DNA of 58,162 nt, filler included, from Sphacelaria rigidula (Eukaryota), in NCBI GenBank assembly GCA_964200075.2. It is 8 parts of 8 records of this genome, joined end to end, with 100 filler letters (N's around TTAATTAATTAA, not from the genome) between each part and the next. Parts side by side here need not be neighbours in the genome. Positions count along the whole stretch, not along the records: positions 36,416 to 43,598 come from CAXNAA020016092.1; positions 43,699 to 50,880 come from CAXNAA020016093.1; 6 more parts are not named here. One strand, given 5' to 3'. Below the pieces are notes generated by a model. It ran no database searches and was not told the origin of the DNA. It saw only the letters and a list, made by a program, of their open reading frames with translations. Each line of letters opens with the position of its first letter. The first letter of the stretch is position 1. The translations under genes and the position numbers were made by a program. Shown one piece after another: positions 37,053 through 50,045 of the stretch.

Positions 37053-38016
37053 CTGACACCAGTGTGAGATCCGGCGACCTCAAACGCACCGAGGCAGGTC
37101 GACTTCATTTTCCAAGCATCATCGATCCAGTGCGCTGTGACGGCCATCATCGGAATCTCGTTGCCCGAAGTCCAACCATCGCAGGTCATGATCAGTTGTT
37201 GACCCTTTATCATCTTCATTAGCCCCGTCCGGGCGACGATCGCCTTTTCGGTCAGAAGATCTCCAACGCTCGCTCGAGACGGGACAATGAGGTTCGGCCT
37301 TTTCGTAAAGCCACGGAGCATTTTGTGGAACTCCGGCTCTTCGACGACAGTGAGTGGCTTGTGTCCGTCGATAATGAACCCAAGGACGAGTCGGGTGTGC
37401 CTCGCCTCCTCATCAGCCACGAAGTAGTTTCGAATTTCTCCTCTATCATTAGGAATTTTCCCCGCTTTCTGAAGTGCTTTCTGCTGGAGAAAGTCGACCC
37501 ACGGGAGGTGTTTCATGTGTTTGGCGTTCACATGCTATGCTGTCTTAAGTTGGAGGTCGCTTTGGCGCTAATTTTCTGATAACAGCCAGGACCCTTGCAC
37601 AGAGCGTTGTCCTTGTGTGCTTTGTCCGCGCCTTGCAAAAACAAATTCCAGACTGGGGATTTGTTTTGAACAGGCGACTTCCACCTGGCGTACATGAACT
37701 CTTGAGAAGAGTTTGCCTGCGCCTTGGCTGACTGTTCTTCATGTTCAACTCTCCGTTGAGACACTTCTTCGCTCTCCGAAAATTCGCCGCTGTCGTCGTT
37801 GTCGGAGTCGACACCATCGCCGCCGCCCGGGCGCAAGCTCTTACCGTAGTCAGAGTCAGAGCCGTCATCAGAGCCCTCGTCAGAGCTTCGTAGCATTACG
37901 GCATCGACGGCTGTATGTCCATCACCTTCAGCGTTGATTTCACTGCTGTTGGGAGGACTACCCGCATCTTCGGAGGTGGATGCGACCCCTGCGCTTGTTC
38001 TAGCCGCGCCACTCAT
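37053..38016 (-). pseudogene. hAT transposase exon 1 (BED finger and start of the RNase H-like DDE domain), frameshifted
   Basis: MSGAAR...KSPVWNLF..ALCKGPGC..ATSNLRQH[VNAKH]...PLTVVEEPEF..PSR..MTCDGWTS..MAVTAHWID..LG..GSHTG; 5-bp duplication at 37532-37541 breaks the frame; donor gtcag|gtgaga. Confidence 0.88.
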
Positions 38017-39323
38017 GCAGTTGTGTATAACTTTCAGCGTCCTGCTGGAATGTTGTGCTGTGCGGCGCACACTCTGCTGTGTGCTGCCGTCGGCCGTCAG
38101 GATCATATCTCCCCGCCAATTGGTTGCGCCGCAGGCAAAAAATGGCGTTACACAGCGTTAAACGACGCAAACGCCTCCTCTTTTCCCCCCCAAAATCAAC
38201 AAATCAACAACAAATCAAGTTATTATATATGATTTGATTGTTGTTGATTACTTGACGACAATCAACTAATCATGAGAAAGTTGATGCGATGTTGATACAC
38301 AATCAAATATACTTTTAAATCATAATCACCCGTGATTATATAGTTGATGAGCAACCCTAGTTTGCGTACCTAGGACCTTGTTCGTTGCGAATGACACACG
38401 TGATGTAATACCCTGCTACGGCACTTTGATGTGCGTTGAGGATTGCATGAGATGCTGAGCTGCAGCTGGCCCATCATTAGACTAGTACTGCTACAACAGT
38501 GCTGTGCTGTATTTTTTCTTACGACCAGAAACTGCAGTGACATTCATTTGACACACGTATTTCGGCTATGTCTTGTCAATTTCCTGTGACTCGAACGACT
38601 TCGTGCGGCGGAATTGATTCAGTTCATTTTTCTGTGTTCGGTCCGAGCGCATCTGTACGGTTTGTATCGAACAGGCGAAATGAATTTCGTGAAGCGGTAC
38701 TTGTTCGCTTGTTTTTAGCCGACGTCAAAGTTCATGTGCATACGAGTATAGTAAACAGTGTCTCGCATAGCACGCAGGCGCTCCCTGTACTCTGCATACA
38801 GGACGATGAGGAGAAGATTTGAATCACGTGCAGTCTTGCACTGCCTCTACTGTCCATGAGCTTGTTCGCAATTCGGTTGGTCACCCCAACATGCAACTCC
38901 GTCCGTGGACCCCACCACGAAACTGAATGCTGACGTTTTTGCCAACAAAAAAGAAAACGTCTTGCCAAGAGGGCTGTGGTGTCGATTCTCTTGTCACAGC
39001 AGGGTATGTATCCCTGTGGTCAGCTCTTGATCTCTGTCGCAGGGTTGAGTTGGTAGCTGCGAATGACCCATGTGGGTCTTGCATAGGTCTATAGAACGCT
39101 GGTATCTTGTATTGTCGTCTGCAACATGGAGAAGCTATGTGTCGCTTCGTTCATTACGCTGCTCGTTTCGCTCGAAACAGCCAAGCTTTGGTTTATGACC
39201 CTGCCCGTCGCGCGCAAATGACTATAAAAGAAACTTGAAGCTACCTGAGAACATAAATACTCCCTCCTCTCCCCCGCCCGCCGTAAGACACGGTAAAAAC
39301 AGTCTGTGCATGCTCCTGTACAG

Positions 39324-40256
39324 TACAAAACACTGAGGGGCTCTCAGTAGTGCCGGTATGTGCCCACCACGGACACCGACACTACTCAGAGAGCCCGGCA
39401 CTACTATGAAAAGTGCCAAAACAGGTGCAATTGAGGGTTCTGAATACCTCAGTAGTGCCGGTTCTGGCACTACTGACGACCGTCCGTTCGTACAGTGCTA
39501 CGCTTGCCCTTCGTGGGACCACCGGAAGCACAAAACGGACGAGGACCTTTGTTTCAGGGGGTCTCGATAGGATACGTCACGTGAGGTTTCGGGCTAGCAG
39601 AACTAAACCCGATGTTTTTTTGTTTTTCACATTCAACTTGATTGATCCTGTTCACAGGTTGATCATTTCCTTCCCTACTAGCACAACAACAGTAGTACGG
39701 CCACAAAAGTTGCTCATGCCGAAAGACCTTCCCGACAAGAAAAACAAGGACACATCTGCACCCAACGCAACTATGAAGGTGCGGCATCTGGTGTACAAAA
39801 AAGCTCACGGAAGAGTACACCGCCCACCAAAAGGAGTGAGCGAGAAAGAATGAACCACACCCGTTTTCACTTCCTACCGGCTACCGAGACAAGGAGAGAG
39901 AGAAACAAACGACCTCGAAAAACAAATACACCGATGCAGCAAACTAGACACGACTCCTCCCGTGGCTGTGCTCGGGCGTAGATGCTACGGGCTACCCGAT
40001 AGAAAAAAAATTAGTAAAGCAACCACCAAAGAAACCACCTATGTCTGGTGGGAGGTATAGCATGCGCGAGTGTGTCCGGAACCGGCACTGTTGAGGGTAC
40101 AAAACCGTTCAAACCGGCACTACTGAGGGTCATCTGTCAGTAGTGCTGGGCGGCACTACTGCGAGCTCTGGCTGTGCCCATAGATTTCACCGGCGTTATA
40201 TAGGTCGTTGGCACTATTCAACAGGCACTACTGAGAGCCCTCCACTGTTTTTGATA
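39324..40256. mobile_element. Non-autonomous TIR element (~930 bp) with GGCACTACTG subterminal repeats
   Basis: Left AAAACACTGAGGGGCTCTCAGTAGTGCC vs reverse complement of right AAAACAGTGGAGGGCTCTCAGTAGTGCC; the motif recurs near both ends. Confidence 0.75.
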
Positions 40257-42400
40257 CATTAGCCCACTGTTGAGAGCATCGTCTCATGCGCACCGCTTCT
40301 TCCCCTCTGCTGTCTTTATTCAGGAACTAGATGGACCTCACCGACGGATACACCATCAAACTTTGACAAGGCCCCGGAGGACGCTGATGTTTGACCTCAG
40401 GATGAGCACCTGATCACCTACTAATCCATGCGGCTACCCACTACCTACACACAACACAGATGTGCGTATCCATTTGCGCGAATTTCTAGGTGGTGGCATA
40501 ACTTCGGTAATACTGTACTATGTTGGCCGCGTCGATTTTGTACTGTACTTGCCTACAGCATCGATGAAGGTCCAAACTGTCCCAGCTGCATCGTCGCCAG
40601 CTGCATCGTGTGCCGGTACCATGGACGTGTTGGGGTGTAAATCATGGATCCTTTACATCACAGGGGGAAATTGCCCCTATTCTGATAGGGTATTTCCCAC
40701 TCTACAGCATATTGGGTTGGAACGCCAATCTTTCGACCCCTGTTACTGTGTGACCGTACGCCCTCTGGAATGCGTTTTTTTGTCCTTGCGCGAGTCTTCA
40801 GTGGAAACCGCGTTGGAGGATCCGAACCTCGATTGTAGTCAACCGCCGTGACTCCCTCGGTAACCCGTGTCCTCCACCTCCGCCCACGACTTTTGTTGTT
40901 GCAGTTTCGTGCACAGAACGTGCAAGACTCCCTCCTTCGAGCCCGACGCACAATGGACGTGGAAGAGCACGCGGTCGGCAGTTTGTATATAGCTTAAGGT
41001 CAAGCACCCTATCGGAGGAGGAGGTGAACGGGAAGATCACCTAGATGAGTTCAGCCGGCCACCACGTCCGACGAGACTACCTCAGCTATGCAAACGCGGC
41101 AATTGCTGGAGGTGTACAGGCCTCGGGACGCAAAGAGGAGGTGGATGTAGGCGTGAAAGAGGAGCCGTAGTCACAGCAGTCGATCATTACCCGGTGTCTG
41201 GTGTCTGTTGTACCGGTACTTGCTGTCAGCGGGCCCATCCGCTCAGGCCGTGTCTTGGCACATCATTTTTCGACCGAAAAGGTGCGGTGGAGAGCAAAAA
41301 CCCCGATCTGATAGGTTCTGAATTCAACCATCTTCAAAATGAACGACGATTTTTGAAATGACGACCCATCAGATCGGGATTCTTGTTTTGCACCGCACAA
41401 TTTCGATCGAAAATTAATGTGCGAAAGACAGGTCCTCAGCACCATTTTTTTTGTTGAGTGGTCAAAATTCGTGTGCGGCTGTTTTGCTTATCGGGCATGT
41501 TTGTTTTTCCAGTACTAGTGTTACGATTGGTGTGTGCTGTTCGTCTTGACACGTAGGGATGAATATGCTTTTTTTTGGCACGGAAGGTGTGTCATCAATT
41601 CCGTAAACCCCTCGTGGATTCGTACACACTTCTTTGGCAGCGGCTGCTGGCAATACGTGTGACGGAATAATATTGCACCAGGTGCCAAATGTCAGGTTTC
41701 ACAGCTTTTGCCCTGGAAGGAAGATCGCTTACCTGATGCCCAGAAAATGTACCGTCGGAGTGCTTCCATCGGCGTATTTTTCATCCGAAGCCGTCTGCAG
41801 ATGTTTTCCCGAAAAGTCAAAACCGTGAGCCACGGCGCGACGGTAGTCTTTCTCATTTGTACGTACTTTCAGATCGATAGTAATTCAGCATGTCAAACAG
41901 AACATTACTCACCGACCAACGGTACGCAGTCTTCCAAAACATCAGTGACTTCCGACACGGAACATTTTCACACGAGAATCACATCAGCTGCTATCCATCT
42001 CACGACAGCTCATGATAAGCCAAACATCGACATCTCAGACGTCCAGCCTAGGCTTTTCGTCCATCAATCGGAAAGGCACGTCTGATCCCTCTTTCGAGTA
42101 AAACCGCACTCTCAGTCATATCTTGTACTTTTGATTTCACGAAAACATTGTTTATTTTCCTGCCTAAGCCTTTTGCCCATTAATCGGAAAGGCAAGCCTT
42201 GCCCATCGTTCGAATTAAAACCCTACTCTCAATCCCGTCCGCTACTCTCGATCTCACAAATATACTGGTATTTTCCGATAGCCCGAATTTATCAGAAAAT
42301 CCTGATTTTCTGATAGCTCTGGGCAATCGAAAATGTTTATTCAAGACGCGTTTGAAAGCCCACCGCACGCCAACACACCCTGCAGCCCACGACAGCAACC

Positions 42401-42989
42401 ATGATGGCTTGGCTGCCATTACCACTGTGCTCTTGGGTAGTCAGCGTATTGCTTCATTGCCCTCCGCTCGCCAGTATCGTGGTGGCCTTTTACCCCATGA
42501 GAACAGCATAGGGCAGGGTCGATGACGAGTGCTGTACAAACACTCTGTATGTAGTTTGCACAGGCAGTATTGTAGCTCGCAGTTCAGGTCTGCGCATGCA
42601 GCGTGTTGCGAACAGCACTCGCAATGCAGTACAAATTGCCCACGCACCCAAGACTTATAGAGACAGGACCGTACTGACTGTACACACAAGAATACAGTAT
42701 GATCAGTGCTACTGCTGTAGTGTCTAAAGGGCTTGGGTGCTTGGGCAGTCTGTACTGTATTCGAGTGCTGTTCGCAACACGCTGCATGCACAGACCTGAA
42801 CTGAGCTACAATACTACTGTGCAAACTACACATAGAATATCTGTACGGCACTCGTCCTCGACTCTACCCTGCTCTGTTCTCATGGGGGTAAGGGCAATCA
42901 CGCTACTGGCGAGCAAAGGACGATAAAGCAACACGCTGACTGCCCGCGAGCACCAGCGACAGCAGCGATGATGGCAGCCAAGCCATCAC
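42401..42989. repeat. ~590-bp imperfect palindrome
   Basis: TGATGGCTTGGCTGCCAT / ATGGCAGCCAAGCCATCA; CATGCAGCGTGTTGCGAACAGCACTCG / CGAGTGCTGTTCGCAACACGCTGCATG; centre ~42690. Confidence 0.9.
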
Positions 42990-43598
42990 TACAGCCAATG
43001 CATACAATACAGTTATGGGCGCGCCTGACCCCCCAAAATGAGCCAAAAAAGTGTCACTGACCAAAAGCACGAACAGACCGGAGATCTCGTTCATCCCCTG
43101 ATTATGTACGCCGTGAAATCCCCCCAAGTACTTGTGATTTGACTGGGGTTTCCACTCGGTGATTTCCCATTTTCGTTGTCCCGGGCTACGAACCACGGCG
43201 TACCTAGGCTACTCACCGGCGTGTATTTGTCCCAGCTACAATCTTGAAAGATTGTCGAACCAAAGGAGTTGTGGTGATCGAGAAAATCGCAAAAAAATAA
43301 TGTTTTTTCCACTTAATTTGTTATAAAACTCGAATCCCGATGAGATAAAAAAAAATGTTCACCGAGTTTTTAGCTGCCGTCTTGGCGCAAATGATGCAAA
43401 AAATCGCATCCCAATCGATGGCCTTGACGATGAGCAATTGGGGGCAACCGTTTGGGCTACGGGCGCAAACCAGCACCTCCAACCCTCGCCGGTTTTCACG
43501 ACATGCGAACACGTCACCCCTGTCCGACGGCCTCAGAATAGATTACACTCATGGATGACTCTTGATACTGCAGATGGTTGATACATCACATGTGTGGA

Positions 43599-43698
43599 NN
43601 NNNNNNNNNNNNNNNNNNNNNNNNNNNNNNNNNNNNNNNNNNTTAATTAATTAANNNNNNNNNNNNNNNNNNNNNNNNNNNNNNNNNNNNNNNNNNNN
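43599..43698. other. Artificial contig spacer 6
   Basis: Identical 100-bp block. Confidence 0.97.
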
Positions 43699-44099
43699 GG
43701 TGGGGGGGGGGGGGGGGGACGCAGCAACAGGGAGATAAAATTGGGGATGCAGCCGAAGTTCACGGTTGGTGTGCCCGAAGTGCGGAGTCAAAATCCTGCG
43801 GGGGCGGGCACCAGCCCATCCAAGACGACACTCAGGGTAAAAAGCCAAAGGTCTTTAGTCAGAACTTTTCGTTCAGCGCGACGGATCAACTATCGCGTGT
43901 GATGAGCAAAACTTGGTGTCAATTTAAAAAAAACAATTCGTCAGGACGCAATACCCAACTCAAAGCAATCGTCCGGCGGAAATACGGCCTACAACAAGGG
44001 CGGTATGATTGATCATTCCCAGGGGATTGTTCTGTGTGGAAGAGTGTGCGTGTACAGGCTGGTTTTAGATTGAATATCCAAAAATTATTGCCCGGCATT

Positions 44100-44375
44100 T
44101 CCTCACGCCGTTTTCTCGAGTTAGACCACGAAACTTTGCACACATGTTCTCGAGGGCATTATCTAAACCCCCAAGACCATGCTTTTCTTTTTTCGGGATT
44201 TGGTGTCGAGATGGTCGGCATCTGACCCCCCCCCCGGTCAAGTAGGTCAACCGCGACCTTGGACAAAAAGCCACCAACATAAAAAAATAGAGAAAACGGT
44301 CTTCGAGTTTTAGATAGCGCCCTCGAAAACATGTGTGTAAATCTTCGCTGTCTAACTCGGCTTGGAATTCGTGTT
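44100..44375. repeat. Local inverted repeat (MITE-like)
   Basis: GAGTTAGAC...ACACATGTTCTCGAGGGCATTATCTAAA vs TTTAGATAGCGCCCTCGAAAACATGTGT...GTCTAACTC. Confidence 0.6.
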
Positions 44376-45025
44376 TTCAATTTGGGAACAATTTGAAAGG
44401 CGCTGATTGGTTGAGACATGTATTTTTCCATCGCGCCACCGCTATAGCCTTGAACGAAAATTCGGCGATGTCACCCTCTTCGTCTGTTCATTGCGGTCGG
44501 TATGATACCATATTTGTGCATACTGGCTGGGTATTGCGTTCGTCATTAGCCGGGGAATAAATTCTGGGTTTTCAATCTGAACCGGCCTGTATGGTTTCAT
44601 GTTTGTGAGCAGCAAAACAAGACATGAGCAAGCTCCACTCCAATCCAAACCCAACTTCCATACGAGGTGGACCAGACAACAAACTCACATTCCTTCGGCA
44701 CACGATCACTTCTTCATCTTCCCGAATCAGCCCGATTTATTGATTCATTGACCATATCACATTACCTGATTGCAACAATCCAGCCGATGGGCAGGAGCAG
44801 CAAAAAATGAGGAGAGTAAGACAAGAATGTAAGGAATAGAAAAAAACGGAAGCAACAACCACAGAAAGGAAAGAAGAGAGGAAGCAGCGACAACAACAAC
44901 AGCAATACCACCGCAATACACACAAACGCAGTTACAAACAACACAACGAGCGGATTATCTCGCATTACGTACTTGATTGCAACAATCCACCTCGTGATCA
45001 GAAACGGAAAACAAATGAGAAAAAC

Positions 45026-45410
45026 TGTGAGTACCAGGGTAGTCCACAAGTCTTCCACGTGTCTACAACCGCCCCTTCGTTCCAGGAACGTTCATATCTC
45101 CGGCATGGTTCCGGGAACGTTCTCATGAACACTGCTATGTCCTGTCCGGGTCAATGACTATCCCGTCCGGATCATTGTCTATCCTGTCCGAGTCATTGTA
45201 TATCCCGTCCGGGTCATTGTCTTCCCGTCTCCGGAGTTATTGTCATACTCCAACCTCGAGACGGTACCGCTCATGGTGCCCTCTCGAGGCACTTCTTATC
45301 TCAACCTTGGAGTTTCCCTCCACACAAGAACGAACTGTCTAGGCACGTCCCACGGCCAGGCCCATGGCTCCTGAGACTACCACTCCCACACCAAGGGGTA
45401 GTAGCCTTAA
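45026..45410 (+). mobile_element. Solo-LTR-like repeat, second copy
   Basis: Starts TGTGAGTACCAGGGTAGTC; reverse complement of 31851-32214 with one extra 21-bp unit. Confidence 0.6.
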
Positions 45411-45704
45411 AAATGATAAGAAAAAAATAGAAGAATAAAACGTGGAGAAAATAATACAAGATAGAAAAAGACAGAGCCAGGCTCTCTCTCGGGCGGGGGC
45501 GGGGGGCGGGGGGGGGGGGGGGGAAGCACAGACAAAACAAAAAATAGACAAGGAACCACCAGGAACAAGACTCGTATAAGTGTATCGCTGTGAACTCCAG
45601 ACCAAACTACTGACGACACTCTCTACCGCTATAGGAAAAACTAAAAATGGAAAGCAATTGCGGCATGAGATATATCCCCAACGACGAATCTAACCTCTGC
45701 AAAA

Positions 45705-45785
45705 AGGGAACATCTGTCTCGGGTTCGAACTCGTGACCTCCCGCCCCGACTAAAGTCTCCACGCCAGTTAGACAACCGGGTGTGG
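45705..45785 (-). repeat. Degenerate tRNA-like SINE head
   Basis: Reverse complement CCCGGTTGTCTAACTGG...GAGTTCGAACCC (A/B-box-like); no proper cloverleaf. Confidence 0.4.
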
Positions 45786-46633
45786 TGGTGTCACACGAAA
45801 TATAGAATAGCCTGCCCAATGTTGGGATTTTCAAGTCGATATTTCATTGGGACCTTACACACGCCAGTTTTTTTTTTAAAGGAAGCAGAGTTTTCGTTGT
45901 TTTCGTCGAGGTAAGAATTGTTTTCTTTAGAAAGTTCAAATCGCCCTAACCTCGTGTATATCCTTTTTTCTTGGCTGCGTCGGCTACTTTTCGGGTATTG
46001 ATTATATTAATCTCCTGTCAAGAACACAACTTCTAAACCTCCAAATGAGGCAGGGCAAAACTATTCAACCGTCGACATGAAATCTTGACTGGCCTAGCTC
46101 GTAGCTGACCGTAACCCCAACACCGTAGCCATGATTCTCTCGGTAGATTGTTCGTCTGCGCTGTGCTCGTTGGCAAGGTGTGCATCTGAGCAACGAGCCA
46201 ACATCATGAGAATTATGTGGGGTTGATAGGCACCTCCATGACAGCCCCGTGTGATAGCAACATCATTGGGCATGTCACGGCACTACCATGGCCCTACCAT
46301 GGGAGAAGAACTGGCTCAGAAACGAGGCATGGCAGTATCGTGATCGTTCCATGAAGATATCGTGGAACAGTATGTTCATGGAGTTGCAACGACAGTGTCA
46401 TTGTACCTTCATGAGTGCATCACGAGGGTACAATTGCAATGCAGTGATGGTGCCGTTATGTCTTACATGGAGGAACTATGGGATAACTGTGACTACCCTG
46501 GTATTGGCATGTTGCTATCATTCATGACCATAGCAAAACCCGCACTGCGAACAAGGATTCCGCACCCCGCAGGTTTTCTCTCAACATCAAGCTTGTGCAC
46601 CGCCCCTGCGCTCACATCCGTACGTCCACTCAC

Positions 46634-46870
46634 CTCGTCTTCGATGACGAGGTACCAGGACTCGGTGTTGTCCTCAATCCCCGTGGTCTCCTCCCGAGAG
46701 GGTGGCGCGGCAACGCTGGAGGTAGCGATATCATCCCCACTGAAAACCTCGTTGGTGTGGTTGCGGTTGTCGTTGTCGATAGTGTTGGTATTGCCATTGT
46801 CGATAGTATTGGTATTGCCGTTATCGCCGTTGTCATCGCTCATGGTGTTGTTGGTGTCGTCGGTGTGGTC
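46634..46870 (-). CDS. Orphan exon, Asp/Asn/Thr-rich low-complexity protein
   Basis: ccacag| DHTDDTNNTMSDDNGDNG...GIEDNTESWYLVIEDE |gtgagt; 237 nt, phase 0/0; internal 24-nt repeat (DNGNTNTI x2). Confidence 0.55.
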
Positions 46871-47214
46871 CTGTGGCGTAGCTGCATGGCGGAAATGTAA
46901 AAGCATTGCATGATATTCGAGTGACTGCTGTGTGTGCGCTCGGTCTTACGTGAGAAGCAAAATCAACAGGTATTCACATGCCGACAACGGAACTTGGACG
47001 AATGAAATCAGTCCTTGAAAACGACATCCTCTGTGATGAAAATATGCTGTGTTCTCGACGGACAGTTTTGTACTCATCGCGGCGATCGGGACCGATATTC
47101 CGATCAGGGACGTCATATTCCCGGTGTCGTCAAGGAGAGAAGGCGGAGAGTCCTTCAACGGCCACTAGTGGTGATTCATGGCTGCCATACTTCAATGGAG
47201 CAGTTGACACAAAT

Positions 47215-47475
47215 GGCTCCAAATACGTCGGGAAAAAGCGGGTTCGATTCCCGGCAGAAGCGATCGTTTTTGTTTTACAAGTATCCGATTTCCATCGCTT
47301 GAAAAGGGGACGGTGTGAGCAGTAGAAGAATTTTATTCGACGAGAGTCGAGGCGGTACGAGGGTGCCGATTCAATCCAAGATATGAGACAAAACCTCATG
47401 ACGTGTACCAGGTGAGTAATGAGTTGATCTGTTGACATTGCGGACTCGGCCCACGGGAAGGGAAGATGGGGAAGA
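47215..47475 (+). mobile_element. SINE family B copy
   Basis: GCGGGTTCGATTCCCG B-box, core GACGAGAGTCGAGGCGGTACGAGGGTGCCGATTCAATCC, G-rich end. Confidence 0.55.
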
Positions 47476-48014
47476 GTTCCGACGAAATCAAAGAAAATGA
47501 ACGTATTTACCACGCTATAAATACTTTGAAGGATCGACCCCTTCGGTGCACCGAACGCGTTCATCTGTCAATTATTTTGAAAAAACAGTAAATACTGCAG
47601 TCAATCAGCGCCTGACAGAAATTCAAGCCAACTTCCGAAAATGACTATATCGGTCGGTCTTTTACGTCCTAGATATACTGTAGTTGTTACTTGTGTAGTC
47701 CGGCCTACCGGAGGTGAAGAGTGCAGAGCTCCGTTTGCAGTAAACCTCGCATATGAGCACGGTTACGATGGTATTGAGATCGCCCACGTAATGTGGGCCA
47801 TCGTCAGCAGTAAGCGCTTCAAGTACGTGCATGGATGGTATAGGGAGTCATTTGAGGTTCAGTGCAGTATACCATACGGCAGTACACTGTTTGGGTGGTA
47901 AGTACATCGCTTGAATCCACAGCGCAACCCGTACAGTACCGCACCCTACAAGTAATACCGTACATTACTAGGCATGGTTTTGTGTTTTTACCGTACACTT
48001 GTAACCCCCCCCCC

Positions 48015-48087
48015 CGTGCTCCGTCTCGAAAGGGATGCTTGGTCAATGGTCAGACGACTAAGGCAAGCAACACATGAGAACGCCCCC
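48015..48087 (+). mobile_element. R2-family copy between C-runs
   Basis: C11-GTGCTCCGTCTCGAAAGGGATGC...ATGAGAACGCCCCC. Confidence 0.8.
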
Positions 48088-48394
48088 TTCCTCAGGTCGA
48101 GTCCGGTGGTCTTGAGGGACCAGCCCATCTCTCTCCCCCAGTGAAACTTTGTACGATAGACCCCCCCCCAAAAAAGTGCCTAATCCGGGGAGGTAAAATA
48201 TTCACGTAAATCGAAATAAAAAACGCGGAGCACAACGAGCAGCTGGGAATTCCCACGGGTGGGGTTCGTTCTCGCCAATATCGCCCATATGAGGTGCTTC
48301 ATGCAGCCTGAACCCAAACATCAGGCGCTGTATGTCAATTTTCTTCGTGACACTCTTGTACTGGTTTCAAGGGGGGGCTATTGTAGAAAGTGTC

Positions 48395-48628
48395 CGGTAC
48401 ACGTCTTACACTTTCGTATCGCGGATTGGATCATGACTATCAGCACTCCCGCACCGCGTCGACTGTCGTCTGACAAACTTAGGCAAAAACAGACCTTCTG
48501 CGGTACTCACGACTTCACGATTTCAGTGGCGGACATCATATACTTCCGAGGCTAATGCCAAACTAGACGTACCTGGCGGGACTAAAACCCGCATGTTCAC
48601 CACCCTGACACCATTAGACCACCGGGAG
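48395..48628 (-). mobile_element. SINE family B copy with tRNA-like head
   Basis: Reverse complement CCCGGTGGTCTAATGG...GCGGGTTTTAGTCCCGC, then GTCGACGCGGTGCGGGAGTGCTGA..GATCCAATCCGCGATACG. Confidence 0.6.
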
Positions 48629-48805
48629 AAGGCATGAGTGCAATTTAGTGTACAGGTAGGGATGAAAGGAACTGTGAGCTGAGACTATTCATAAAAATCC
48701 ATCACTCAATCATTTGGTCCACGCCAAAAACAATCTTGTCCACCCTCGATTTTTGAGCGGAGCACAAACGTTGCAACTGCTTCGCTGGCCTTTGTGGAGG
48801 ATACA

Positions 48806-50045
48806 TTAAACACAGGGCAAGTCATGACAACCGATTTCTTCGAAGTAGACAGCACACTTGAAGGCTGCCTCGGCCAGAGTTACCACTGAATTCTCAATCG
48901 GGGTTCGATTCTTGTTCAGGTTACTAAAGAGTGCTCCATGGGTCGACAGTATTGGGGAATGATGCAGCATGTAACCATTCGTACCTAGGGAACGCTCTGT
49001 CCGTCTGTCCGCTTTGGCGTTCCTGGTCGCACATGTCACTGCAATTGCCAGCAAAATCGTGATGGCTAGCTTTCCTTTTGGGATATCAGTGGTGATTTCC
49101 TCCATGAAAGGCAGTAAACCACGCAAAGCCGCCGTACTTCCGTGCCAGATCGATAGACTGTCATCTGATGTTTAGCGATTTTTCATCGGACGGCGGCGGT
49201 GAAAGCGAGGGGGGGGGGGCATCAGGCAACGCGATTCAGCACCCGCGCTCGTAAAGCAACGGATGTGCCGTACGGACATGTGGACACGCGCTCAGTCTCA
49301 TAGACCGTCTAGCACGTCGTTGACAATTTGCGTCAGAGGACGCGGTTGAGGGGTGGAGCATTGGCAGCAAAAAGGGCTCTGCGGCGATACAAGCTGGTCA
49401 CCACGCGCATGCTGGCATGTGAGATCGTATTCGGTCGTGCTTGTATATCATAACCTGGAGCAAATAGCCAGCAGCTTCCGACAACATAGCAGCCAAGAAT
49501 GTGAGAGGCACGCACCTTCGTGTCTCCCAGTTGAGATTATTGACTCTCGCCCAATAGCTCCGGCGACATCATTCATGTATTCTCCAACTGTACGGAATGC
49601 AGCCCTGACCAGCACAAAAGCAGAAAGCATCTCAAGTCTGAGAGCTGTTGTCATGGTCCGACGGACAGTGTCAACGCGGTCATTGTTGTTCACTATTGCT
49701 GTACAGGCAAACGCGCTCAAGCCGGTTTTGGTGGCGATAGTTATTCTTGTGTCATAACGGGGCGTTTTGCGGTGAAGGGGTACGAGCTGGGCCAACCTTA
49801 AATCGGGTCTAGGCACTCACAGTCATATCTCATCGGCGCAGACGAATCGGACCGCGATTTGCACATCTTATTTACCGCATGACCAAGGAGAAGATGCCCA
49901 TCTGCTCTAAGGTCTGGGCCAATTTTCCCTCGTTGATCAAACGCCATGTCGAGTAGTTCCTACACCGTACGAAGATCGGGTTCACTCACGTCTATATGAA
50001 AGCCAGAACGGTGTATAAGATGGACGATGATGATCTTTGGCGTGG
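48806..50045 (-). pseudogene. Decayed coding-like region of an unclassified element
   Basis: Broken 100-120 aa frames; the 49780-50045 portion is homologous to 6915-7183. Confidence 0.35.

Larger units (their letters stand above)
36416..38359 (-). mobile_element. 5' part of an autonomous-type hAT transposon (truncated by the contig end)
   Basis: Terminal TAGGGTTGCTCATCAAC (reverse complement, ending at 38359), AATCAA/TTGAT subterminal repeats at 38190-38350, followed by the transposase. Confidence 0.8.

Noticed and set aside
33712..38016. Riboflavin synthase next to a hAT transposase (possible gene capture)
   Set aside because: The two are on different contigs separated by an artificial spacer.
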